Of a stretch of DNA of 64,000 bases, positions 53,536 through 64,000 are shown one piece after another. The DNA is taken from positions 10,106,001-10,170,000 of the forward strand of contig OX597834.1 of the NCBI GenBank assembly GCA_951406725.2, in the 5' to 3' direction. Positions within the stretch are counted from its first letter, which is position 1. Every line of letters begins with the position of its first letter. Under the pieces are notes generated by a model. It was not told the DNA's origin. It was given only the letters and a program-made list of their open reading frames with translations, and did not search any database. A program made the translations under genes and the position numbers. Source of the stretch: Octopus vulgaris (lineage: Eukaryota).

Positions 53536-54900
53536 CTGCGGTTCTCAACTCGTTTGAGGTCAGGGTGCACTTAAACCCCCTACAAATAATCGTGGGCGCA
53601 GCATCCTCTTCTATCCTCTTTTACTTGTTTCAGTCATTTGACTGTGGCCATGCTGGAGCATCGCCTTTTTGTCGAGCAAATCTACCCCAGGACTTATTCT
53701 TTGTAAGCCTAGTACTTATTCTATCAGTCTCTTTTGCCGAACCGCTAAGTTACAAAGCATATACAAATTTCTAAGCTAAGTAACAGATAATAACACATGC
53801 CTTAAGGTTCTTCATTCTTGAACTCTTGGGAAACATTAGCTCGATGTGTCTTGGCAATTTCTTCAATGTTTGGGCGAATGTTTGAAAGCCAAACTCGCAT
53901 TTCTTCATCAATGCGTGTAAGTGTTCCTCGCTTTTTGTACTTGATGGTAGAAAGAGTGGAAAATCCCAATTTACGAAGATATGAAGTTGAAAATTGCAGC
54001 AGAACTATAACAGCTTTTTTTAGAAATCGAATCATATTCATCTTTTACAGAAATCCAGAAAGCTTCAAGTGACAATTTCTTGTATTTCATTATTAATCCA
54101 CGGTCAGTAGTTGTAGCAGCGAGTTTCTTTTCTTCTATCAATGTTAATTCGAAATCATTGGAAGTTTCCACGAATGGGTTTCTGATCCTGTCATATTGTT
54201 CAGTTTTCAGTGATAGGAAATACGAACTCAATTTTAATTCTAAACGGGAGTGTTTCATTTATGCCTGTTTCGCTTTGACTTAAAGGAAACATTTCCAAAT
54301 TCCCTTCGAAAGCTTTACGTTTCCAAATCTTTCATTTTGTCAGTGGACATTAGAATGTTTTCTTCTTTCCCTTCCATGCTAGTATTTAAAATATCGAGCT
54401 GCTGAAATATATTGGCCAAAAACTGTAAACTGGCCATCCAAAATTCGGAACGAAGAATGTCACAGAAATTAGATTGTTTCATTTCTTCAAAGAACACAAG
54501 AAGTTCGTGTACATGCGCAAGTACATTTCTTCTTGACAGCCACCTTACTTCGCTATGTAAAAGCAGCCGTTTGTATTGAGAATCCAAATCGTTACAAAAC
54601 TGTTCGAATATACGAGATTTGACAGGTCTTGTTTCAATAAAGTTTACCATCTGAACAACTTAACCTAAAACTTATTTTAGTTCTTCCCCTAATGTTTTTG
54701 CCATCATGGCCTCTCTATGAAGAAAGCAGGGAGTAACGATAGCATCCTTATTTTGTTTTCTTTTGTTTGTTTTTTTTGTTTGTTTGTTTTTTATAAAAGC
54801 TGTGAGACCCTTAACACAGTCTACCGTGGAAGGGGCTCCATCTATACAAATACCCACACATGATTTCCATGATAACTGCCATTTATCAAAGCATGTATTC
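53536..54900 (-). pseudogene. Decayed hAT (Charlie/Buster-type) transposase with one terminal inverted repeat
   Basis: Fragments GICIDGAP, CFLHREA, LLLHSEVRWLSR, FSTSYLRKLGFS, EMRVWLSNIRP in several frames with stops and frameshifts; terminus ctgcggttctcaa at 53536; interrupted by a SINE fragment (53605-53755). Confidence 0.9.
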
Positions 54901-55081
54901 AGAAAAAAAGAAACTGATTAATTGAGTGAAAGAGCTGAGAGCCATTTCTACTAACCACGCTCTCGTATGGTTAATGGAAGTGAGAGTGGAAGAGGACAAG
55001 AAAGAGGAATGTTAACGACGTTGAAGAGGAGCGTTACATGGTTAAAAAGTTTGTTGAAGTAAAAGGTAGAGTGACAAAAAT

Positions 55082-55114
<33 letters not shown>

Positions 55115-55916
55115 CAGTTTTGGTCAAACCGGGGCTATGGCAGAAGACACTTGCCAACAGTGACACGCTGTGAGACTGAACCCGGAACCATGTCGTTGGC
55201 AAGCAACTTTTTAGTATACAGAGTCAAGATCCACGACTTACGAAACCAATGTTCCATGAGGAATTACGGCATGGCGAACGCAATGCTTCAGACCTAAGTT
55301 ATCAAAACGCCTGGAAACTGGAGCTTAGAAAGAGCCATATTTCTTTGGCTGATAGTAAACACCTCAGAGAAATTAGTGATTTTAAACATGGGTGGATTTG
55401 CTTGTTCTGTTTAACTGTTAATTTTACAAATACAAGACAATGTTTTCAAAGTTAAGAACTAGATAATAAGCGATATACAGCCGCCGGTTATAGCAGCTTA
55501 GTTTTAAGATAATTTTAGTTGTTAATTTTAGTTGATAATTTTAGTTGTCCATGATTAACAATTTCCATTTAGACAGATAAGTCTGCAAGCATTAATTTTT
55601 CTCCATGTATTCACAGCTAAATATATAATTATAAACATGTCTTGGTAATGGTGATACAACAGCTTATGTTTTATTAAAAATACCGAAGTTAGATTACAGA
55701 TTCGCAGCAAAAGTGATTTGGAATTATCCACAGTAGAATAAAAATCAGCTTATATTTGCTTAAACTGGTTAAGATTACGGGCTTAATAAAATACTAAGTA
55801 AGCCAACATTTTCTGTTGAATGTGTTATATAATCACCTCTTAATAAAAAGGGGGATAATCAACACACTTAATACTTTGCTAATGGTTGTGTATATGTGTG
55901 TATGTCTGTAGATGCG

Positions 55917-55956
<40 letters not shown>

Positions 55957-56029
55957 AAGCACGCTTACACACATGTGCACACAGATTTTGATAAACCAAA
56001 ACAGATGGAAAAAAAAAAAATTAGATAAG

Positions 56030-57144
56030 TGCAGGGATGGCTGTGTGGTATCAAGTTTGCTTTCAACCGCATGGTTCCGGTTTCAGTTCCACGGCGTGGC
56101 ATCTTAGGCAGGTGTTTTCTGCTACAGCACTGGGCCGACTAAAGACTTGTGAGTACATTTAATAGATGGAAACTGAAAGAATCCCGTGGGGTGCGTTTTG
56201 GACAACCGGTGTTGGTGGGTATACGTTCCTGTATTTTAGCAGTTTGGCCAAAGAAAACCGATAGGATAAGTACCACGATAACAAGATTAAGTGCTGGGGT
56301 CAATTCTTACGACAAAAATTTCTTTAAGGCAGCGCCCCTGCAAAACTGGAGTCTAATGACTTTTAAAATTTCAAAGAAATAACAATATAGAACGATGTTT
56401 ATATGTTATTTAACTTTATTTACTACGCAACTATTACTTGAAGAAAAGTGTGTGAGTATATGTCTCTCATTTACCTCTCGCTCTGTCTATTTATATGTGC
56501 GTGTGTTTACATGTATATGTATGTAAGTGTGTGTTTAAGTGTTAACGTTAGCATGTATAAATAAGCTAATTTTCACGTACGCTAGTTTGGTTTTTGACAG
56601 ATCTCAACAATTTCGGTTTGGAAATTATACCATGTTATCTAGAATGTTATCTAGAATTTCCCCGATGCAATTTCAGTCGAAGAGCAGAAATCTAATGTTG
56701 ACCATTTAAAAACGCGTTCTTTTCGTTTTCTTTGCCCGAAGCTATATTTGAATTGAAGTGTTACCTTACTGAGCTGTACTTATTCATATTCAAATAGTTA
56801 GTGTAGTTATTATTGCTTTATTTGCTGCAAATAAACGCTCATCATAAACAGTGAATGTGTCAAAGCGTTTAGACTTGATACAATATTTAATCATTTTAAA
56901 GTGAATTTGTACGATACCAAAATGGATCTCCGTCGATCTCGATGATGATTAGTTGTACGATCAACTGAAATCCCTGCTTATAGAATTAACGTATTAGTCA
57001 GGGGATGAGGTCATTGCGAACCACATGTTAACCCTTAAGGTAATTATCCGGCAGAATCAGAATGATAGTGAGTTGGAATTGCAGTTATAGCCTGCCTGTG
57101 AGTGGATTTCGCAGACGGACACTGAAGGAAGCACGTTGTGTGTG

Positions 57145-57185
<41 letters not shown>

Positions 57186-57392
57186 AAGTATGCATGTATG
57201 TATTTATGTATGTATTTGTGTGTCTCCTACCTTCACTTGATGTGTGTTTACGTCCACGCAACTTAGCGGTTTGGCAAGACAGACCGATAGTATAAGTACT
57301 AAGGATTAGTCCTGGGGTCGATGTATTCGACTAAAGGAGGTGTTCCAGCATGTTCGCAGTCAAATGACTGAAACAAATGAAAGAATAAAAGA
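56030..57392 (+). mobile_element. Two diverged SINE family A copies (56030-56365, 57095-57392)
   Basis: Degenerate family matches separated by unique sequence. Confidence 0.7.
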
Positions 57393-57428
<36 letters not shown>

Positions 57429-58769
57429 ATCTATAAATATATATATGTGTGTGTGTGTGTATCTATAAATATATATATGTGTGTGTGTGTGTATCTATAA
57501 ATATATGTGTGTGTGTGTATATATCTATAAACATATATATTCTTTTATTCGTTATATATGTATATATATATAAAAAGCAATAAAGATTCAAGTTAATTTA
57601 AATGAATTTACTTGAATATGGTACCTAACTTAGATGCACCAAAAAAAACTATACTGATTTAACAATACAGTAATGTGGGGTGATTATAAGCGAGAATGAA
57701 GCAACAAGAATGGATAGGTTTTTAGTACAATCGTTTCATACAAGGACAGATAAACTTACTTCGAAATAGATGCGTGGCGTTCAGAGAGAGGGAGAGATGA
57801 AGGGGAGAAAGAGAGTGTTGGATAGATTGATGGGTAGATATGTGAGTAGGCAGATAGATATTGACGGTGTGGCATTGCCCTCACCACCTTGAACCAGTAA
57901 ACTAGAAATAGAGAAATTGTGTTTATTATATGCTGCAGAATAAACCAGGTCTGGTGAGACATATTGCCGCCACGTTAGGTCAGTAACTTATAAAAAAAAA
58001 AGATAAAAAGTTTTTCATTGCCAAATTCTGTTATACTTACGTCCTTGTGCACTTGCATTCGTATGTGCGATCGAGAAAGAGAGACAGACAGACAGACAGA
58101 CAAATGGACCAACAGACAAACAGGAAGAATAAGGTTGAGGGAGGAAATGCGGTTGGTTTTACGATTGTGTATGTTTGCGTACAAGCTTGATGTTCAAATA
58201 TAAAATGCATGTATGTAGTAGTTATGTATGTCTCTGTCGAACAGTCTTATTCGTTGTATTCAAATATTTTTTGATTAGAATTTTATTTTTCTGAACGTTA
58301 TCTTAAATATCTTGACTTCTGCGAAGGATAAAGTATATTTACTCGCTTTCAGGTTAAAATGTCTAATAAAAGAAGTGGTGGGGAAAAAAGCGAGAGTTTT
58401 GTGGAAAATTACTGACAGAAAAGAACTCCATGCTTCATTCTTTACATATATTAAGTTATATTTATAGTTTTAAAGATAACCTTTAATGTGTGTGTGTTAG
58501 GGGGGGTGCATTATACAATACGCCTGCGTGAGGGAGAGTGATGTGTGTATATATAATATATATATGTGTGTGTGTGTGTGTGTACATACAAATATCTATC
58601 TATCTATATATATACATATGTGTACATACAAATCTCTCTCTCTCTCTGTCTATATATATATATATTATACATATGTATATATATATATATATGTGTACAT
58701 ACAAATATCTATCTACCCATCTATATATATATATATATATATATGCACATACAAATATCTATTTACCCG

Positions 58770-58812
<43 letters not shown>

Positions 58813-59325
58813 CCTTTTGGGAGGTGGGTAAAAACCACCTACATATTAACGTTCATTATATCTGTTTCCATCACGATAATTTTAAGATTCGATGAAAAAG
58901 AAGATGAACCATTTTAAGGGTGAGTCTCGAAGTTGATATATCTCTAAATGATAATGTATAACACGTTGGTTTTTTCTCTTTTTAAATCCCTTGGGTGGAA
59001 ATAAGTGTAATGTCATTGCGGGTTCCTGTCCCTTGAGGAAACTTCGACATTTATCTGTGTAAAAGTTTCTTTAACCCGAGATACTTCATGCTGCTTTTAT
59101 AGAACTACCATTTTTGAAATTCGCTCTTAAAATCCTTTATATCTTATACATACATATATAAATGATGGCTTCGACTAATTTTCAAGCAATAGTATCTAAA
59201 TATGAGCAGCTTAGATATGTCCAATCTTTCCTGGTGGTGTTCCACACTGCTTTGCATCGCTATTGTAACGATTGGTTCCTTATACATTGCTGTTCAGAGA
59301 CCTACAAAAATGATGGTACTCCAGT

Positions 59326-59604
59326 ACATCCGATCAACGGAACAGCCTGCTCGTGAAATTAACGTGCAAATGGCTGAGTACTCCACAGACATACCTACTC
59401 TTAATGTAGTTCTTTGAGAGATTCGGTGTGGCACAGAATATGACAAGGCTGGTCATTTGAAATCCAGCTACTACTCATTTGTGCCTTCTGAATAGGCTAG
59501 AGCAACGTGAGATAATGTGTCTTGCTCAAGAACAGTACGCACCGTTGGGTATCGAACTCACGATCTTGAACCGAACATCCCAACCAGTAAACCACACGCC
59601 TTCA
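59326..59604 (-). mobile_element. Older SINE with family C tail but CORE-like body
   Basis: Tail ccgatcaacggaacagcctgctcgtgaaattaacgtg shared with 29711 and 48599; body tcttgagcaagacaca on the minus strand. Confidence 0.7.
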
Positions 59605-59718
59605 CTAAGAGAACTACGACCCGTGTTCAATCAAGCCTTTATTCCATCTTGGAATTTTTCATGGAGTTAATTGTTTTTTTACTGCTGCAGAAGCCATTTT
59701 AAGCAGAACATATTACAT

Positions 59719-59960
59719 AGATTGGTATATTTTGGTCATATCATGAGGAGAAAATCCCTAGAGAAGGACATCATGCTCGGAATGGTCAGTGGCAAGAGAG
59801 GAAGAGGCCGACCAAGAAACCGCTGACTTGACACCATCAGGAGTGATACCGGAATGGACATAACCAATCTGAAAGAAGCGGCCCAGGATAGAACTGACTG
59901 GAGAATACTGACCCATCGAGTAACCGAGAGTCGACTTCGACTGAGTGGATAGATAGATAG
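59719..59960 (+). mobile_element. BovB-like RTE fragment, copy 3
   Basis: Same 3' end; (GATA)n tail; flanking direct repeat attacat. Confidence 0.85.
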
Positions 59961-60523
59961 ATTACATTCGTTAAAATTCAAACGCTGCCTGTGCCTGGGG
60001 TGTTTCAAATTCTGGCTATGCTTTGCGTAGTGTCAATCCCTCTTCCTAAACTACATATGCGTTTGTTCTAAAATCACTAGTCACCCACATTGGAAACAAA
60101 CCATGCAGCAAGTGTTACGTCAGAGTTTTCCTTCTCCTTGGGGGACGCCAAAAGAAGGATTAGAGTCTCTATCTCCTGCTTGGCAGTTGACTCTTCTGAG
60201 ATCATACGTTGTTTCAAAATGTTTGTCATTCGTCCAATGTGTCCAAAAAAAAAAAAGGCCTCTCCTTACCGAGCAGGGTCTGTTAAGGTTGCAGATGTGA
60301 ATCATGACAGTCCGTCGATGCAGCAGGTTCTATTAGTTACATGTAGCACACACATACACACTTTTACATGAAATTGTCATTGCAGTTAGATTATATATGA
60401 AAAATTAATTAGATTCTTGTAACTTTCTAATTTTCTCTCTAGACAACAATCTAGTGGGAAAGGATTCGTATATCAATTCCAGTTCGTTTTATTGAATCGG
60501 GGTAGATAGAAACTAAAGTGTAA

Positions 60524-60947
60524 GAAGGCGGCGAGCTGGCAGACACGTTAGCACGCCGGGCGAAATGCTTAGCGGTATTTCGTCTGCCGTTACGTTCTGA
60601 GTTCAAATTCCGCCGAGTTCGACTTTGCTTTCATCCTATCGGGGTCGATTAAATAAGTACCAGTTACGCACTAGGGTCGATATAATCGACTTAATCCGTT
60701 TGTCTGTCCTTGTTTGTCCTCTCTGTGTTTAGTCCCTTTGTGGGTAGTAAAGAAATAGGTATTTCGTCTGCCGCTACGTTCTGAGTTCAAATTCCGCCGA
60801 AGTTAACTTTGCCTTTTATCCTTTCTGGGTTCATACATTAAGTACCAGTTACGCACTGAGGTCGATATAATCGACTTAATCCCTTTGCCTGTCCTTGTTT
60901 GTCCCCTCTATATCTAGCCCCTTGTGAGCAATAAAGAAATAAGAAAT
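60524..60947 (+). mobile_element. SINE family B dimer
   Basis: Two units within TSD taaagtgtaa (60514-23, 60948-57). Confidence 0.9.
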
Positions 60948-61014
60948 TAAAGTGTAATTTAGTGATTTTTTTTTTTTTTTTACTCAGGTTAAATATGGAT
61001 GTAACTAAAATACC

Positions 61015-61248
61015 TATTTCTTTATTACCCACAAGGGGCTAAACGTAGAGGAGACAAACAAGGACAGACATAGGTATTAAGTCGATTACATCGACCCCAG
61101 TGCGTAACTGGTACTTAATTTATCGACCCCGAAAGGATGAAAGGTAAAGTCGACCTCGGCGGAATTTGAACTCAGAATGTAACGGCAGACGAAATACCGC
61201 TAAGCATTTCGCCCGACGTGCTAACGTTTCTGCCTGCTCGCCGCCTTT
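61015..61248 (-). mobile_element. SINE family B monomer
   Basis: TSD tgtaactaaaatacc (61000-14, 61249-63). Confidence 0.9.
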
Positions 61249-61747
61249 TGTAACTAAAATACCGTTAATGTAAATATCCTTGCATGAAATTATGTTTCTT
61301 CTTTCTCCGACACTCATTTACTTATTTATTTATTTATTGTATAACACATTTATTAAGAATTAATTGGGTAGCTAGATCAGTCTTGATGGGACATTTCTAA
61401 TTCTTTTATAAATATTTACAGGAATTAAATGTAATGTTGACACAAAACCATTAATTTCCTTGTTTACTTAGAATGCCGTGTGATATATTTGGATGTATTA
61501 GCGCGTCTGCCTCAGACAAGAATAAAAAAATTCTCTGAGCTAAGGAATCATTCATCAACTTGACAATACTAACACTGCTTTGATTAGTGCTAATGAAATT
61601 TGTCCCAGTGGATGGGTCGAAATTAAAACCAATAAAACTAGACTTGCCGTCCGAGTTGCTTTTATTTTTTTCCTGCGAGACATCAGTGGCAGACGCCATT
61701 AGAAAAACTTATATCTGTTTGCAAAGCAGCCTTCACTTCCATCGCTA

Positions 61748-61813
61748 CCTGGTGGTTGCTGCCCGTTGACGAGGGACAAACATCCCGAAACTAGTTCGAG
61801 CGTATCACTCAGG
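61748..61813 (+). ncRNA. Type I hammerhead ribozyme-like motif (slightly degenerate)
   Basis: TTGACGA core (61766-72); helix II GGGA-caaaca-TCCC; GAAA (61787-90); palindromic helix III AACTAGTT; extended helix I cctg/gtggt/tgcccg pairing with cgagcg/atcac/cagg. Confidence 0.65.
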
Positions 61814-62054
61814 CTTGCGAGGAAGGGATGGCCTACCTTTGCAAATACTCCAAAGACACAGATATTGTGTTTCAAGCCAGCTAGAGACGAAGATCTCTTG
61901 GGGCTATAAAGCTACAGTAACAACCCCCTCCCCAATGTGGTTAGCCATGATAAGATGGCTTCTACACTTTACATACGCTACACAATTTTCCTGAAAGTAC
62001 TTGCCTTGAAAGAAACTGATTGAGACAATGGAAATTTAGTTCTAGCAATAATTG

Positions 62055-62960
62055 GGGTGGTAAGCTGGTAGAATCGTTAGCATGCCGGGCAAAATGCTTA
62101 GCGGTATCCCGTCTGCCGTTATGTTCTGTGGTATATTCTACCGAGGTCGACTTCGCGTTTCATCCTTTCGGGGTCGATTAAATAAATACCAGTTACGCAC
62201 TGGGGTCGATATAATCGACTTAATCCGCTTGTTCTTCTTTGTCCTCTCTGTGTTTAGCTCTGTGGGTAGTAAATAAATAGGTATTTCGTCTGCCGTTACG
62301 TTCTGAGTTCAAATTCCGCCAAGGTCGACTTTGCCTTTCACTCTTTCGGGGTCGATTAAATAAGTACCACTTATGCACTGGGGTCGATATAATCGACTTA
62401 ATCCGTTTGTTCTTCTTTGTCCTCTCTGTGTTTAGGCCCTTGTGGGTAGTAAATAAATAGTTATTTCGTCTGCCGTTACGTTCTGAGTTCAAATTCCGCC
62501 GAGGTTGACTTTGCCTTTCATTCTTTCGGAGTCGATTAAATAAGTACCAGTTACGCCCTGGGGTAGATGTAATCGACTTAATACCGTTGTCTGTCCTTGT
62601 TTGTCCCCTCTATGTTTAGCCCCCTGTGGGCAATAAAGAAATACGAATCATTAGCATGCCGGGTGAAATGCTTCGATAAATTATGTACCAGTTACGCACT
62701 GGGGTCGATATAATCGACTTAATACCGCTGTCCGTCTTTGTTTGTCCCCTCTGTGTTTAGCCCCTTGTGGGCAATAAAGAAATAAGAATCGTTAGCATGC
62801 CGGGCGAAATGCTTAGTTGCATTTCGTCCGTCTTCATGTTCTGAGTTCAAATTGTTCCTTTCATCATTTCGGGGTCGATAAAATAACTACTAGTCAAACC
62901 CTCGAGTCGATGTAATCGATTAACACACAATAAAACTCAAGACCTGTTACCTATAGTCGA
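62055..62960 (+). mobile_element. SINE family B multimer (about five units)
   Basis: Repeated tail-to-internal junctions at about 62280, 62460, 62645 and 62785. Confidence 0.85.
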
Positions 62961-63217
62961 AAGGAATAACAGAGCTGAGAAGCCACGTCGTGGTGCTTAG
63001 AGTATTGCACTCCCCATCGAGGTTTCGAAACCTGAATGGGGATGATCCACTGTGTCGAGTAACATAATTCATTTTGCGTTGCCCTCATCCTCCCTACAAA
63101 GGATTAGTATCCAGATCAGAAGGCATGTTGTGATTTTGGTGTTTCAAACACCAATATAGACAGGGCAGCCATACCTTTGACAATAATTACTACTCCATAT
63201 AACAGAGCTGATTACCT

Positions 63218-63447
63218 ATTTCTTTACTACCCACAAGGGGCTAAACACAGAGGAGACAAACAAGGGCAGACAAACGGATTAAGTCGATTACATCGACCCC
63301 AGTGCGTAAACTGGTACTTAATTTATCGACCTCGAAAGGATGAAAGGCAAAGTCGACCTTGGCGGATTTTGAACTCAGAACGTAACGGCAGACGAAATAC
63401 GGCTACGCATTTCGCCCGGGGTGCTAACGCTTCTGCCAGCTCGCCGC
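63218..63447 (-). mobile_element. SINE family B monomer
   Basis: TSD ctgattacct (63208-17, 63448-57). Confidence 0.9.
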
Positions 63448-64000
63448 CTGATTACCTGACCACCTGTATACACCTGTCCATCTGTATACACCTGTCCACC
63501 CACACTTTGAACCAATGCTTAACACCACTATAGATACAAAGGTTCCATACTACGATTTGTTTTTTGTTTTTTTCAGTAGTATTCTATTTTCAGATCTACT
63601 ACCCTATTGATTCATTTTATTTATTTATTACCAAAAAAAAAAAAAAAAAAAAAAGATTGGTCCGGTTGAATGCGTGAGTTGTTTCTCTGAAATAAAGGAT
63701 ATAGCTTCGCTTTGGAATTGTACAATACAGGCTTGTCACAAAGATTTTCTGTTTTTTCTTTCTTTTTATTTTTGTTATCTATATTTTTATCTATATATTT
63801 TTGGTAAATATGTTCATTGTCATTGAAGAGTTCGATGCTAATGGATTTGTTAAATTTAGATATGGCTACGTCGACCTCGATGCTTCACCCTGTTGACTTT
63901 GGTATCGGCAGCTGATGGTGTAAAAATAAACATTGGAAAAAATAAGAAAAAACTTTAAAAGAGATAGAGAGAGAGTAGGAGGGAGTTGGAGAAAGATAGA

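Noticed and set aside
53802-54857. Domesticated ZBED5/SCAND3-like gene
   Set aside because: Multiple stops and frameshifts and a retained TIR indicate a dead transposon.

Overview
AT-rich, microsatellite- and retroposon-saturated animal genomic DNA. The SINE repertoire and (TA)n/(CA)n density point to a cephalopod, most likely Octopus (inference). The window appears to be almost entirely intronic sequence of one + strand gene. A single well-supported 156-nt phase 1-1 exon (47634-47789) encodes the start of the amino-terminal domain of a kainate-type ionotropic glutamate receptor. A candidate signal-peptide exon (1957-2159) and a speculative 18-nt microexon (39181-39198) lie upstream. The rest comprises three tRNA-headed SINE families (many with target-site duplications, TSDs), 5'-truncated RTE and Dong/R4-like LINE ends, a decayed hAT (Charlie/Buster-type) transposase, a non-autonomous Helitron, a Merlin-like MITE, a mariner remnant and several fold-back elements. 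The least expected signals are several hammerhead-ribozyme-like folds (61748-61813, 49071-49169, and a variant-core pair at 7957-7996 and 13368-13405), SINE concatemers enclosed by a single TSD with recurring junctions, and a SINE tail shared with a (GATA)n-inserted element. Nearly all ORF-track entries are microsatellite or SINE artefacts. Repeat boundaries without a stated TSD are approximate, and all family assignments come from recalled motifs, not database searches.
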